Shown: positions 38,078-49,552 of the stretch, piece after piece | Layout: the number at the start of each line of letters is the position of its first letter | Position numbering within the stretch: position 1 is the first letter of the stretch | DNA from: an uncultured Prevotellaceae bacterium | Lineage (GTDB): Bacteria; Bacteroidota; Bacteroidia; Bacteroidales; Bacteroidaceae | Direction of reading: 5' to 3' | NCBI GenBank assembly: GCA_937877625.1 | Contig: CALFJG010000072.1 | Location: forward strand, 50,683 to 114,682 | Length of the DNA stretch: 64,000 nucleotides | The notes under the pieces: generated by a model | What the model was told of the DNA's origin: nothing | The model's input: the letters and a program-made list of their open reading frames with translations, nothing else | Databases searched by the model: none | Made by a program: the position numbers and the translations under genes

Positions 38078-40663
38078 TTAAGCCTTTTTCTTCCACCATT
38101 CCTTCCCAAGCGCACAGCAGAAAAGAAGAAGAGTAAGAACTATACCCGTATATGCCGCAGCCTCAGTGTGATGAATACTCTTGGGGCGGAACTCAAGAAC
38201 TACCTCGTGTTTCCCTGCAGGCATACGTAAGGCACGGAGGATATAGTTGACACGTCCAAGTTCAGCCTCTTGTCCGTCAATGGTGGCCGTCCATCCAGGA
38301 TAATACACCTCGGAGAACACCACAACACCACCGCGTTGACTTTCTATCGCATAGTGCAATTCATTAGGCGCATAAGATGTTTGACTTACCGAGCCACTAT
38401 CCAACATCGCTGTTTCCAACTGTGGCTTGAACCGCTCATCAGCCACGGCTTCGCTCCGAATAGATAGCTTGTTGAGTTCGGCTATTTCTGCATCGGCATC
38501 TTTTACAAAACTCAACTTCTGCACAAACCAGCCATTGCCTAAAGCATATGGATTTTCTATAACACGTTGCGCGTCTTTTCCGAAGATTATATATTTGAGG
38601 TTGAGCATATTCAAGACGGGGGCAAGACTATCGGCGGGAATTTGTGTCATATCGCCCTGCGCATCGTTGATAGCCCCTACAAACTGTGGTATCTCCTTAG
38701 AGATGTGTCGCTCAATGAGATCTTGATAGCGTTGGAGTTTGGCGGGATGGTAGCCACCGATGTTATGGTGATGGTAGGACGCTGTATTGTCGTTGAATAT
38801 ATCAGTTGTGATGTTCACCACACGATAATTTCCTTTGTCCTCAAGGATACGTTGGTCGGCCTCGGTAGGCGTGACGATGTCTTCGGTTTGGGAGATAGGG
38901 TCAGTAAAATTATTATCGTTAAGATAACGTTTGTCTATTCCCCAGAGGTCGAAAAGACAAACCACACCGATAGCAACCGCCAAGACACTACCAGAAATCT
39001 TTTTGAAATAAAACGCAGCCAAAACGATACAGCCTATAAATATCACGATAAATGAACGAAGCGCATCAGAAGCGAGAATAGCTTGGTGCATTTGAGAAAC
39101 ACCCTGCCGATAAGCAGCGGCTTGTGGACCAAGGGTAGAAAGAATTTGGCTTTCGTTGTTGGAGAGGCAATCGCCAGCGAGACTCGGTAAAAAATATAGC
39201 AAAAGACAAAGACCCGCCGTGGAGACAAGACTAACGGCAAGAGCTATCCGACCAAGTTTCTCACGAAGGATATCGGGGGTACGAATGATTTGTGCCACGC
39301 AAAGAACGGCAAGCAAAGGCATTGTGAACTCTGCTATGACGAGTGCAGAACTAACGGTACGAAACTTGTTGTAGAGTGGGAGGTTGTCAATAAAGAAATC
39401 GGTAACAGGCATTAAGTTTTTCCCCCATGCAAAAAGAAAGGAGAGGATGGTGGCAAAAAGCAAAGCCCATTTCAGCGGTCCACGCACGAGGAACAATCCG
39501 AGAACAAAGAAAAAACAAACAAGCGCACCCACATACACAGGTCCCACCGTGCCGGGTTGGTCGCCCCAATAGGTATTGAGACCGGGTGGAATGATTTGTT
39601 GATTGCTCTCCTGTGCTATCTGCTGTACAGCCATTGCGCCTTGGATAAAGTCATCGTAACCAGGGAGTTCGTCGGCACCTTCGTAGTCTTGAATACTCCC
39701 CGAACCGCCTCCTTTGAAATTAGGAATGAGCAACGTCATTGTTTCGCCAATGCCATAACTCCATTGTGTGATATAGTCGCGCTCCAACCCCTCAGAGGCT
39801 TGCTTAACAGGCTGTCCGTCTGAGGCAGGAAGAGGTGTGAGCTCGGCTTTCCCGCGCATAGAGTATTGTTGATACTCATAAGTATGGTAAAGGTTTGACA
39901 CGTTTGCCAACACACCAATAATACCTGCCAAGATAATTACAGCAGTGCCTTTAAGCCAAACAGTTGGAGTGGGTATTTCAACAACAGAAGTTGTCTGCTC
40001 AACTTGTTTACCACGATACAAAAAAGCAGCTATGCCATAGGCCAAAACGATGAAAAGCATCACAAAGCCGAAGTAGTAGGACATCTGTACGTGGTTAGAT
40101 AAAATTTGCAACGCAGTGAATAGTGCCGTTGTTGCCCCACCCCACAGGAATTTACCACGATAGGTAAGTATAAGGCCTGCTATGGTTGGCGGGATGAATG
40201 CGAGCGTGAGGACTTTCCATATATGCCCTGCGGTAATGATAATCAAGAAATAAGACGAAAGAGCCCACATCACCGCTCCAGCTCCAGCCAGCAGAGGCTT
40301 CAAACGGAAAACACGTAGCAAGATATAGAAGCCTAACAGAGATATAAACACATAACTCAATACGCCGTTAGTGCCGAGTTGATAAATCTTTTGTACCATT
40401 GTCAGCACACCCGTTGAGGGGTAAGAGGGCGATATTTGATAAGTAGGCATTCCGCTAAAAAGACTATTCGTCCATCGGGAGTGTTCGCCGGTTTGCTGTT
40501 CATAGACCTGCGCTTCATGGCCTGCACCTACACCTCCCGTATTGTCGTGGCCGGATAGTACCAAGCCTTGACTTACAGGACCTGCAAAATAAAGAAAACT
40601 TATCGCCAGAAATACTAACACGGCCAATGCATCAGGCCAGACTTTATTGAGAAAGGATTTCAT
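38078..40663 (-). CDS. YfhO-family membrane protein
   Basis: WTNSLFSGMP, NHVQMSYY, GGYHPAKL, FSEVYYPGW; many TM helices. Confidence 0.85.
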   Translation of the reverse strand: MKSFLNKVWPDALAVLVFLAISFLYFAGPVSQGLVLSGHDNTGGVGAGHEAQVYEQQTGEHSRWTNSLFSGMPTYQISPSYPSTGVLTMVQKIYQLGTNGVLSYVFISLLGFYILLRVFRLKPLLAGAGAVMWALSSYFLIIITAGHIWKVLTLAFIPPTIAGLILTYRGKFLWGGATTALFTALQILSNHVQMSYYFGFVMLFIVLAYGIAAFLYRGKQVEQTTSVVEIPTPTVWLKGTAVIILAGIIGVLANVSNLYHTYEYQQYSMRGKAELTPLPASDGQPVKQASEGLERDYITQWSYGIGETMTLLIPNFKGGGSGSIQDYEGADELPGYDDFIQGAMAVQQIAQESNQQIIPPGLNTYWGDQPGTVGPVYVGALVCFFFVLGLFLVRGPLKWALLFATILSFLFAWGKNLMPVTDFFIDNLPLYNKFRTVSSALVIAEFTMPLLAVLCVAQIIRTPDILREKLGRIALAVSLVSTAGLCLLLYFLPSLAGDCLSNNESQILSTLGPQAAAYRQGVSQMHQAILASDALRSFIVIFIGCIVLAAFYFKKISGSVLAVAIGVVCLFDLWGIDKRYLNDNNFTDPISQTEDIVTPTEADQRILEDKGNYRVVNITTDIFNDNTASYHHHNIGGYHPAKLQRYQDLIERHISKEIPQFVGAINDAQGDMTQIPADSLAPVLNMLNLKYIIFGKDAQRVIENPYALGNGWFVQKLSFVKDADAEIAELNKLSIRSEAVADERFKPQLETAMLDSGSVSQTSYAPNELHYAIESQRGGVVVFSEVYYPGWTATIDGQEAELGRVNYILRALRMPAGKHEVVLEFRPKSIHHTEAAAYTGIVLTLLLFCCALGKEWWKKKA

Positions 40664-40757
40664 AGGAGTGGGAGAACGTTCTTAAAAAATACAAGAAGTA
40701 AACTATTCAGAGGAGGCAGAGAAATAGGAAGCCCGCAAACAGTCAATCATTAAATAA

Positions 40758-42176
40758 CTAATACCTATAAAAATCAGCCTTATATGGGCCGTTGATAGGT
40801 ACACCAATATAATCGGCTTGAGCCTGTGTGAGGTGAGTGAGGTGAACACCTATACGGCTGAGATGTAAGCGGGCTACTTCTTCGTCAAGTTTCTTAGGAA
40901 GACGATAAACACCTATTTCGTGAGCGTTGGTAAAGAGTTCTATCTGCGCAAGCGTTTGATTAGTAAATGAGTTTGACATTACAAAAGAGGGATGCCCCGT
41001 GGCACACCCGAGGTTGACGAGACGACCATCTGCCAGCAAGGTGATGCGATGGCCATCGGGGAAGAGATAACTATCTACACCAGGCTTGATATTCGTACAC
41101 TTGATACCAGGCAAATGCTTGAGTGCATCAACTTGTATCTCACTGTCGAAATGGCCAATGTTGCAGACAATAGCCTGTGTGGGCATTTGCTGCATATGGT
41201 CTGTAGTGATAACATCAATATTTCCCGTTGTTGTCACAAAAATGTTGCCCCGAGGGGCGGCTTCTTCCATTGTAAGTACCTCAAAACCTTCCATAGCGGC
41301 TTGGAGAGCACAAATAGGATCTATTTCTGTAACGATAACGTGAGCTCCATAACTACGCATAGACTGTGCACAACCTTTACCTACTTCGCCATATCCCGCC
41401 ACAACGACAGTCTTTCCGGCTATCATCACGTCAGTGGCACGCTTGATGCCATCGGCTAAACTCTCGCGACAACCATATAGGTTATCAAACTTTGACTTAG
41501 TGACGGAGTCGTTGACGTTGTATGCTGGGAAAAGCAATTCGCCACGTTGCATCATTTGATACAAGCGATGCACCCCCGTTGTGGTCTCCTCGCTCACGCC
41601 GCGTACTTCGTGGGCTATAGTGCTAAAGAAATTGGGACGTTCCTGAAGCACTTGACCAATAATCTTTTTCAGAGCCGCTTCGTCGCCACTGGTACTCGGT
41701 GTCTCCAACACGGTAGGATCTTTTTCAGCTTGAACACCCATGTGTATCATCAGTGTAGCATCTCCCCCATCGTCAACAATGAGATTTGGTGCTCCATGTG
41801 TAGGGAAATTCATAGCTTGAAGTGTACACCACCAATAGTCTTCTAAGCTTTCGCCTTTCCAAGCAAAAACACTCGTTCCTTCACGAGCCATAGCTGCGGC
41901 GGCGTGGTCTTGAGTGGAATAAATGTTGCAGGAGCACCAACGCACCGAAGCACCTAATGTAGTAAGCGTTTCTATGAGTACTGCCGTTTGAATTGTCATA
42001 TGCAGCGAACCCATTATTCTTGCTCCCGCGAGCGGACGCTGTGGTCCATACTTCTCTCTGAGTGCCATAAGGCCAGGCATTTCGTGTTCGGCAATACTAA
42101 TCTCTTTGCGACCGAAATCGGCGGCGGAAAAATCTGCAACTTTATAGGGCAGTGAAGAAAAAAGTTCTTGGTTCAT
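40758..42176 (-). CDS. ahcY: Adenosylhomocysteinase
   Basis: [48 protein letters not shown]; start at MNQEL. Confidence 0.96.
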   Translation of the reverse strand: MNQELFSSLPYKVADFSAADFGRKEISIAEHEMPGLMALREKYGPQRPLAGARIMGSLHMTIQTAVLIETLTTLGASVRWCSCNIYSTQDHAAAAMAREGTSVFAWKGESLEDYWWCTLQAMNFPTHGAPNLIVDDGGDATLMIHMGVQAEKDPTVLETPSTSGDEAALKKIIGQVLQERPNFFSTIAHEVRGVSEETTTGVHRLYQMMQRGELLFPAYNVNDSVTKSKFDNLYGCRESLADGIKRATDVMIAGKTVVVAGYGEVGKGCAQSMRSYGAHVIVTEIDPICALQAAMEGFEVLTMEEAAPRGNIFVTTTGNIDVITTDHMQQMPTQAIVCNIGHFDSEIQVDALKHLPGIKCTNIKPGVDSYLFPDGHRITLLADGRLVNLGCATGHPSFVMSNSFTNQTLAQIELFTNAHEIGVYRLPKKLDEEVARLHLSRIGVHLTHLTQAQADYIGVPINGPYKADFYRY

Positions 42177-42258
42177 CGTATAGAATCTTATTAAAATATG
42201 CGACAAAAGTACACAAAAGTTAGACCCTAATCGGTCATAAGACCGACAATAAAGACAT

Positions 42259-42726
42259 TTATTTACTGGCGTTTAACTTTTGATCGCTTTCTCTGACAAG
42301 GTCTTCAATACTACGCCCATCGCGACGCGCCTCGGTAGCGGGATGTTCGCCACCAAACGTTTGTCCGTGTCTATAGCCTTGCCTATAGCCTTGTACATAG
42401 GCATCTCGTTGGGCGGAGGGATAGGGATTTTGCTCATCGTAGGTACCCCGATGTTGCCGGAGTGCTGCATCGTTGCTGCCACTGGTATAACCGTCCTCAT
42501 AGCCAGCACGATCTACTGGACGATTGTCAGACGTTATTGCGCTGTCGGGCAGTGAAGATTGCACAAAGGTAGTGTCATCAAGAGCTGTATCTGTGGATAC
42601 CTCATCGCCAGCATGTGATGTAAAAGAGGCATGCTTTGCAGGTACTATTAAAATAAGCAAGAACACCGACACGGCGGCCATAATGCTAAAACGCTTGCGC
42701 TGTGAGAGAGGAGCGGGAGTTTTCAT
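42259..42726 (-). CDS. Small membrane-anchored hypothetical protein
   Basis: N-terminal TM; GYxxG repeats; 20 nt downstream of rodA. Confidence 0.65.
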   Translation of the reverse strand: MKTPAPLSQRKRFSIMAAVSVFLLILIVPAKHASFTSHAGDEVSTDTALDDTTFVQSSLPDSAITSDNRPVDRAGYEDGYTSGSNDAALRQHRGTYDEQNPYPSAQRDAYVQGYRQGYRHGQTFGGEHPATEARRDGRSIEDLVRESDQKLNASK

Positions 42727-42746
42727 AAACGAAGTATTGAGAACAA

Positions 42747-44210
42747 TTAATGTACACGATGACGATCTATGGCATCTAAACGTAGGAAGATAAAAAGCAA
42801 TATCGTGAATCCCCAGAGCGATGAACCTCCATAACTAAAGAAAGGTAGAGGGATACCTATAACAGGCATCAAGCCGATAACCATTCCTATATTGACAGCT
42901 ATATGGAAAAGAAGTATTGAAGCTACACAATAGCCATAAATACGTCCGAAAGCAGTGGTTTGACGCTCTGCCAGATAAATTAGACGGAGAATAAGCGTGA
43001 GAAACCCAAATAAAACAAGTATGGTTCCTATGAATCCCTGCTCCTCACCTACAGTACAAAATATAAAATCGGTGTCTTGCTCGGGTACATATTTAAGTTT
43101 TGTCTGCGTACCGTTCATAAAACCTTTCCCGCTCAAGCCACCTGAGCCTATGGCAATCATACTCTGATGTACGTTGTAGCCGCCAGCAGTAACATTACTT
43201 TCTGTTCCTATCAACACGGCTACGCGCTCTTTCTGATGGCTCGCTAAAACGTGATTCATTAAAACATCACTTGCGTAGAGAAACGCAACAGAACCTACTA
43301 CGAAAGAAGCAATATAATAATACGCACGCCCACGCAGTCCTAATCCTTGCCAAACAAGATACAGCACCAGTACTAACAACATTAGCAATTGAACCACAGA
43401 GACATCAAAGCCGCCTGTTAACCAGCTCAACAAATAAGTGCCGAGTGTAAGCAGAATTCCCCAAAAGAGCATCAACTTAATACGCTCCGTGGGTACAAAG
43501 CGACGTAGCAAAATAATAGCGAAAAGCCAGATAAGTACCAACACCACATATTCGCCAACATAAGCAGTGGTGCCAGGAAGAACAATATCGGCGTAACCCA
43601 ATCCTACCACAAAATATACCACTGCAGCAGCGACAGCAAAAAGAATACTACCCGTCATCCCCTCGCGATAGAACACAAGAAAGAAAGATAAATAAACCAA
43701 TGCCGTACCTGTTTCGCGCTGCAATATAATAAGGAGTACGGGTAAGAATACCACACCAGCGGCTTGCAGGAAATGTTCCCGCCTTCGCAAATCAAAACCA
43801 AACTGACTCAGCACCTTAGCCAAAGCCAAGGCTGTGATACTCTTGGCAAACTCTGCTGGTTGTAGGCTCATTACATTGCCAAATTTAATCCACGAGTGTG
43901 AACCTTTGATATTGCCTGCAAATAGTGGCGTGAGAAGCAAGAGGAGCATCATTCCCAAATAGAGCGGAAAGGCAAGTGAGTCAAAGTATTTTTCATCGGT
44001 CATTAATAGCATAAAAGCCAATCCGAACGAAAAGGCTATCCAAAGCAATTGTTTACCTGAACGTGTGGTGAGCGCAAAGAAATCCGTATCGCCATATTCG
44101 TGCGAAGCTCCGCACACACTTATCCACCCAAAGGCCAAGAGCAGTAAGTAGCAGACCAACACAAGCCAATCTACATAAAAACCTGATGTACGTTCCTTGA
44201 GGGTAAACAT
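42747..44210 (-). CDS. rodA: Rod shape-determining SEDS protein RodA
   Basis: LQPAEFAK, IGSGG, PEQDTDFIF, GIPLPFFSYGGSS; follows mrdA. Confidence 0.94.
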   Translation of the reverse strand: MFTLKERTSGFYVDWLVLVCYLLLLAFGWISVCGASHEYGDTDFFALTTRSGKQLLWIAFSFGLAFMLLMTDEKYFDSLAFPLYLGMMLLLLLTPLFAGNIKGSHSWIKFGNVMSLQPAEFAKSITALALAKVLSQFGFDLRRREHFLQAAGVVFLPVLLIILQRETGTALVYLSFFLVFYREGMTGSILFAVAAAVVYFVVGLGYADIVLPGTTAYVGEYVVLVLIWLFAIILLRRFVPTERIKLMLFWGILLTLGTYLLSWLTGGFDVSVVQLLMLLVLVLYLVWQGLGLRGRAYYYIASFVVGSVAFLYASDVLMNHVLASHQKERVAVLIGTESNVTAGGYNVHQSMIAIGSGGLSGKGFMNGTQTKLKYVPEQDTDFIFCTVGEEQGFIGTILVLFGFLTLILRLIYLAERQTTAFGRIYGYCVASILLFHIAVNIGMVIGLMPVIGIPLPFFSYGGSSLWGFTILLFIFLRLDAIDRHRVH

Positions 44211-44280
44211 TTGTAGAATATATTGAATAATGGAAGAGAGAAATAAAAGAGATTTCCTTTCCTCATAACGACATTAAAAA

Positions 44281-46125
44281 CTATTTCAGTTGGTAAGTAA
44301 TATGTCGATGTTGCATCACCGTGGCTTGATGCTCTGCTTCCTCAGAGAGTTTACCATATAAGTAACGCTCCATAATTAATTTACCTATTGGTACACCGTA
44401 TTCGGCTCCAAATCCACCATTCTCTACATAGACAGCCACTGCTATTTTGGGCTTATCCATAGGCGCAAAGCCCATAAAAGCACTATGGTCTACACCGCGG
44501 TTTTGAGCCGTTCCTGTCTTTCCGCAAACTGCAAGTCCGGGCAAATTAGCTGCTCGGCATGTTCCACCTGTTACCGCTGCACGCATACCAGCAACAATAT
44601 AGCGGTAATACATAGGGTCTACCAACGTGCGATGCTGTACGCTAAACTTAGGATTTAGCGTTCCGCCTTTTATCTCATGCACTATGTGAGGCGTTTTGAA
44701 CCACCCCCGATTAGCTATCGTTGCCGCAAGATTGCATATCTGTAGCGGAGTAGCCGTAACTTCACCTTGGCCAATAGAAATAGAAATGACACTTAGTGGC
44801 CCCCATTTGTGAAGATATTTGTCGTAATAATCGGCATTAGGTATCATTCCTCGCGCCTCGCCGGGCAAATCAATGCCAAGGCGATAACCATATCCCATAG
44901 CAACAAGATGGTCTTTCCAGCGTGTCATCGCCTCGCGCTGGGAAGCATAGCGACTACGATTGCCGAACATACGGTAGAGATTCCAGCAGAAGAAAGCGTT
45001 GCACGAAGTGGCTATGGCGGGCACTATTGAGAGAGGAGAGGCGTGTCCGTGACATTTGAGGTGTAGGCCTTTAAAATGAAATCCACCTGCACAAGGGAAA
45101 GAAGTACTCGGAGAGATGATTTGTTCTTGCAAGCCGATGAGTCCCTGCGTAGGCTTAAAAGTAGAACCTGGGGGATAGGTTCCCATTACGGCACGATTGA
45201 ACATTGGGCGACGAAGGTCTTTCTGCAGAGTGGCGGTATACTTTGCTCGTTCACTACCTGTCATTCTACGTGGGTCAAAAGTGGGAGAAGAAGCCAAGCA
45301 TAGAATCTCACCTGTTTCAGGTTCTATGGCAACAATGGCTCCGAGTTTACCTTCAAGCAAACGCTCTGCAAGGGCTTGTAACTCTATGTCAATGGTGAGT
45401 TTGATGTCTTTTCCCGCCACAGGATTAGTGTCGTAAAGTCCGTCTTTGTAAGGGCCAAGTGTCCTGCCGCGTACATCGCGCATCATAATCCGCACGCCTT
45501 TCTCACCACGTAGTTCTTTCTCGTACGAACGCTCCACACCAAGTTTACCAATGATATCGCCACTCTGATAATAAAAATCGCGACCGAGGTCGTTTACACT
45601 TACTTCACCTACATCGCCCAAGACATGAGCACCAACACTGCCGCCGTAAACACGTGTGCTTCGCTGTTCAAAATAAAATCCTTTGAACTGAAAACTTTTC
45701 TCACGAATACGAGCATATTCTTCTTGAGAAAGGCCACTCATAAACACCTGTGGCCGATAGCGGGAATAATGCGGGTTTTTCTCCGTGTCTTTTATCTCTT
45801 CCATTCGAGCAATATAGTCCGCCCTACTAATACCAACAGCACGACAAAAAGCCAACGTATCCACGCCGTGCTGCTCCATCATTTGTACCATAATAGTATA
45901 TGAGGGTTCGTTGTAGACTAATAAGGAGTCGTTGCGGTCGGATATCAAACCACGAGAAGGATAAATAATGTCGCGGCGAAAAGCGTTACTATCAGCAGTG
46001 AGTTTATAGTCGGTATCAACGATTTGCAGAAAAAAGAGGCGCAAAGCATATATTAGTACGACAGCTATCGCTATTGCGCATACCACATACATACGCCCAG
46101 TTCTACTATCTGTCTTTCTATCCAT
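44281..46125 (-). CDS. mrdA: Penicillin-binding protein 2
   Basis: PPGSTFK (SxxK), SCN, GKTGTAQ; mre operon context. Confidence 0.94.
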   Translation of the reverse strand: MDRKTDSRTGRMYVVCAIAIAVVLIYALRLFFLQIVDTDYKLTADSNAFRRDIIYPSRGLISDRNDSLLVYNEPSYTIMVQMMEQHGVDTLAFCRAVGISRADYIARMEEIKDTEKNPHYSRYRPQVFMSGLSQEEYARIREKSFQFKGFYFEQRSTRVYGGSVGAHVLGDVGEVSVNDLGRDFYYQSGDIIGKLGVERSYEKELRGEKGVRIMMRDVRGRTLGPYKDGLYDTNPVAGKDIKLTIDIELQALAERLLEGKLGAIVAIEPETGEILCLASSPTFDPRRMTGSERAKYTATLQKDLRRPMFNRAVMGTYPPGSTFKPTQGLIGLQEQIISPSTSFPCAGGFHFKGLHLKCHGHASPLSIVPAIATSCNAFFCWNLYRMFGNRSRYASQREAMTRWKDHLVAMGYGYRLGIDLPGEARGMIPNADYYDKYLHKWGPLSVISISIGQGEVTATPLQICNLAATIANRGWFKTPHIVHEIKGGTLNPKFSVQHRTLVDPMYYRYIVAGMRAAVTGGTCRAANLPGLAVCGKTGTAQNRGVDHSAFMGFAPMDKPKIAVAVYVENGGFGAEYGVPIGKLIMERYLYGKLSEEAEHQATVMQHRHITYQLK

Positions 46126-46642
46126 TGCGCGATTTCTTTTTATTCAACAATGCTTCAAAAGTAGCAATGAAAGCCACTGAAAGAAGCGTGCTGAGAAGAA
46201 AAGTAAGAAAAAATCTACCGAAACACATCAACGTAAACGCCTCAAGCAAGAAATATACAAAGCAATTAACGGCAACCAACGAAAAAACAAAGCGCAGGAA
46301 AGGAAGCCATTCCATTGTTTTAACAGAGGGTACAAACGGCTCATCAAAAGCATAACCCGATGGAGCAAACAATTTTAACAGATAAGGAGTCGCCAGCCCA
46401 GTGGCACAAAGAGCCGCTGACCCTACGCCAGGGGTGGAAGTAAAAATATCTATGAGAAATCCCATTGTAAAGCCTATCACTACATATATCCAATGTTGCG
46501 TATTTGTGGGCAACAAACAAAATACATACACATAAGGCATAGGGATGGCATAACCCAAAAGCGCGATATGGTCAAGCACCGCTACCTGCAAAAGTAGCAG
46601 TCCTATAAACCAATATGTCCGTTTGAGCGTGTCGGAAAGCAT
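46118..46642 (-). CDS. mreD: Rod shape-determining protein MreD
   Basis: Hydrophobic 174 aa between mreC and mrdA; GFLIDIF...PG. Confidence 0.85.
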   Translation of the reverse strand: MLSDTLKRTYWFIGLLLLQVAVLDHIALLGYAIPMPYVYVFCLLPTNTQHWIYVVIGFTMGFLIDIFTSTPGVGSAALCATGLATPYLLKLFAPSGYAFDEPFVPSVKTMEWLPFLRFVFSLVAVNCFVYFLLEAFTLMCFGRFFLTFLLSTLLSVAFIATFEALLNKKKSRNG

Positions 46643-46699
46643 TATACGTCAGACCTTAACTATGAACAATGTCGTTCCAAGCGACAATGGATACTTTTT

Positions 46700-47569
46700 T
46701 TAGTTATTTGTTAGCACACCTTCATTAAAAGCAGCATGATTACGCAAGGAGTCTGTTTCGCTACGATAGATATTTTTCACAACGGACACATCGCGAAGGT
46801 TTGTAAAATCTGTACCAAGATGCACGGTGAGCCTAAGCGATTGCCCATCGGGGGCACTACCAACAGCAAGTACGTTCCCCACAAAGATGCCCGCAGGAAA
46901 GACATCGGAATAGCCACTTGTCTCTACCGCCATCCCGCGCCTTACTTCAGCCTGTCGGGGTATTTCATCAAGATAGGCAATAAGTTTACTGCCCCCATTC
47001 CAACTGAGATGTCCAAACCAATTGCTACCTCTTAATCTGCAACTGATTGCACTACGAGCATGTGTAACAGGAATAACTAAAGCATAATTCGTGCTTGCTT
47101 CTGCCACTATGCCTACCACGCCACCACCGCCTACAACACCCATACCGTTTTGTACGCCATGGAAAGTGCCTTTGTCTATTACAAGATGATTTAGACGATC
47201 GGCGCGATTTTCATTGCTGGTTACCTTAGCATTGATAAGCGGGTATTTGAAAAGTTTCTCGTGGATACGTTCCTCGGTGGCGGTGACGGTGTGCTTTTCT
47301 TCGTCAATCAATCCACGAAGAGCATCGTTTTGAAGTTTGAGCAAAGTGTTTTCACGCTCTAAGCGTGTATTCTCTTTGCGCAGTGTGGTATAAGCCAACA
47401 CATCACCCCACATACGATTTATCCCTGCCGTGATACTACTTGTTGTAGAAAAGAATACTGTGGTCTGCAATCTGTTGTAAGTAAAAAGCAACACCATACT
47501 CACTACCTCAAGCAAGAGAAACAAGAGGATGTGCATATAGCGTTGTAGAAAAAGAAGCAGATTGCGCAT
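46700..47569 (-). CDS. mreC: Rod shape-determining protein MreC
   Basis: TM plus coiled coil; IDKG, GVVG, TSGYSDVFPAGI. Confidence 0.9.
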   Translation of the reverse strand: MRNLLLFLQRYMHILLFLLLEVVSMVLLFTYNRLQTTVFFSTTSSITAGINRMWGDVLAYTTLRKENTRLERENTLLKLQNDALRGLIDEEKHTVTATEERIHEKLFKYPLINAKVTSNENRADRLNHLVIDKGTFHGVQNGMGVVGGGGVVGIVAEASTNYALVIPVTHARSAISCRLRGSNWFGHLSWNGGSKLIAYLDEIPRQAEVRRGMAVETSGYSDVFPAGIFVGNVLAVGSAPDGQSLRLTVHLGTDFTNLRDVSVVKNIYRSETDSLRNHAAFNEGVLTNN

Positions 47570-47585
47570 AATAGCGAACTATTCA

Positions 47586-47656
47586 TTTAAGGTTTAAGAA
47601 GTTTAAGAGGTCAAAGGCCTATAGGCTAAAACCGCTTAAACTTCCTAAACCTTGAA
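47586..47656. repeat. Inverted repeat built from 9-nt low-complexity units between mreB and mreC
   Basis: tttaaggtttaagaagtttaag / cttaaacttcctaaaccttgaa (2 mismatches in 22). Confidence 0.7.
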
Positions 47657-47680
47657 TTACCCTTAAAACTGATGTTTGTC

Positions 47681-48718
47681 TTATCTCATTAAGAATTGGA
47701 AGCGATCTACATTCTTCAATGCTACCCCTGTACCACGTGCAACACAAAGCAACGGTTCATCAGCCACCTTGAACTGGATGTTGATCTTATCACTCAGACG
47801 TTTGTCAAGACCGCGAAGCAATGCACCGCCACCGGTGAGATAGATGCCATTCTTCACAATATCTGCGTATAGTTCTGGAGGTGTGTTTTCCAAAGCGTTA
47901 AGCACGGCACTCTCTATCTTGGAAATGCTCTTTTCTAAGCAATGTGCCACTTCTTGATAACAAACAGGTACTTCCATCGGCAGAGCCGTGACTTTGTTTG
48001 GCCCGTGGACGATGTAGTCCTTAGGTGCATCGGCTCCTAAATCTGTCAGTGCACTACCTACGTGTATCTTAATACGCTCAGCCATACGTTCACTGACTTT
48101 CACATTGTGTTGGCGACTCATATATTCCTGAATATCGGCAGTAAAATCATCGCCAGCCATCTTTATGCTGTTGTTGCTCACTATGCCACCAAGCGAAATG
48201 ACAGCAATCTCTGTGGTACCACCGCCTATATCCACAATCATATTGCCCTCAGGGGCCTCTACGTCCAATCCTATACCTATTGCTGCAGCCATGGGCTCAA
48301 AAATCAAGAACACATCACGCCCACCAGCATGCTCGGCACTATCACGTACGGCACGAAGTTCCACTTCTGTAGAACCACTTGGCACCCCTATTACCATACG
48401 TAGGCTTGGCGTGAAGAAATGCTTACCCTCGTGAGCCATACGTATAAGGCCACGCATCATCTGCTCACAAGCGTTAAAATCGGCTATCACACCATCCTTT
48501 AGCGGACGCACTACGCTGATTTTATTGTTGGTCTTTTCGTACATTAACTTAGCCTGGCCGCCTACGTTTATCATCTTCTCCGTATGTACATCAAGTGCCA
48601 CTACAGAAGGCTCATTTACTGCTATTTTTCCATCACCTGTAATAATAACCGTATTGGCCGTGCCGAGATCCATTGCTAATTCTTGTGTAAACGAGAACAA
48701 GCCCGAGAAAAGACGCAT
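47681..48718 (-). CDS. mreB: Rod shape-determining protein MreB
   Basis: MDLGTANT, RPLKDGVIADF, EPMAAAIG, VDIGGGTTE, LTGGGALL; start at MRLFS. Confidence 0.96.
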   Translation of the reverse strand: MRLFSGLFSFTQELAMDLGTANTVIITGDGKIAVNEPSVVALDVHTEKMINVGGQAKLMYEKTNNKISVVRPLKDGVIADFNACEQMMRGLIRMAHEGKHFFTPSLRMVIGVPSGSTEVELRAVRDSAEHAGGRDVFLIFEPMAAAIGIGLDVEAPEGNMIVDIGGGTTEIAVISLGGIVSNNSIKMAGDDFTADIQEYMSRQHNVKVSERMAERIKIHVGSALTDLGADAPKDYIVHGPNKVTALPMEVPVCYQEVAHCLEKSISKIESAVLNALENTPPELYADIVKNGIYLTGGGALLRGLDKRLSDKINIQFKVADEPLLCVARGTGVALKNVDRFQFLMR

Positions 48719-48848
48719 ATTCTTAAGCCGTTCAAACTTCTCAAGATATTTTATCGTATCTATTTTCATGGTATTAGGAATTTCTATACTGGTTTAAGAG
48801 GTTAAGGCTACACAGAACGTATGAAAAGCCTATTTCACTTTAAATATC

Positions 48849-49487
48849 TCACTTTGTTTCTTCGAACCAATTTTTAATGGCTGTATCATAGCGACTACTC
48901 ACCGTAAATGCTTGAGCAGCCAACTCTCGACGCTGTGTCAAAGTCGTGCGAGCACCCTGATTTTTGAGAATTTCTATCAAATATGGGTATTCGGCCTTTG
49001 AAGGAATTATCGTCACGTCTTTGAAATTCTTTGCAGCGGCACGAATTAGGCTAATTCCTCCAATATCTATCTTTTCAATGATTTCATCCGGTGTGCCGCC
49101 GTTTGCTACAGTTTCCTCAAAAGGATAAAGATCAACTACCACAAGGTCTATCGGCGTGATATTATATCCAGCCATTTCTGCTCTATCTTCCGCCACATCT
49201 CTACGTGCTAATATGCCACCGAAAATAAGCGGATGAAGCGTCTTTACACGCCCGCCCAAAATAGACGGATAACCTGTTACATCTTCCACGCGTCCGCAAG
49301 GGTAGTTCAAACTTTCAATGAAAGACTGCGTACCACCTGTGGACAAGAAACGAACTCCTTGCCTATGAAGCGCAGCAAGCATTTCCTCCAGCCCATCTTT
49401 ATGATATACCGAAATCAACGCTGTGCGAATAGGTACTGCACCAGAAGAAATCGGTAAATCGCCTAAGTTTGATTTATTATTGAGCAT
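48849..49487 (-). CDS. purH: IMP cyclohydrolase (N-terminal domain of PurH only)
   Basis: ALISV, STGGT, GGRVKTLHP, IDIGGISLIRAAAKN; ends before the AICAR transformylase domain. Confidence 0.85.
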   Translation of the reverse strand: MLNNKSNLGDLPISSGAVPIRTALISVYHKDGLEEMLAALHRQGVRFLSTGGTQSFIESLNYPCGRVEDVTGYPSILGGRVKTLHPLIFGGILARRDVAEDRAEMAGYNITPIDLVVVDLYPFEETVANGGTPDEIIEKIDIGGISLIRAAAKNFKDVTIIPSKAEYPYLIEILKNQGARTTLTQRRELAAQAFTVSSRYDTAIKNWFEETK

Positions 49488-49552
49488 TAACGTAGGTTAT
49501 TGAGCATTAAACATTAAAACTAAACTACACGAAGAAAGCAGGCTTTGAACTA

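Noticed and set aside
42177..42258. SAH/SAM riboswitch upstream of ahcY
   Set aside because: The -7 box at 42204-42211 leaves too short a leader; the small tcggtc/gaccga hairpin lies upstream of it.
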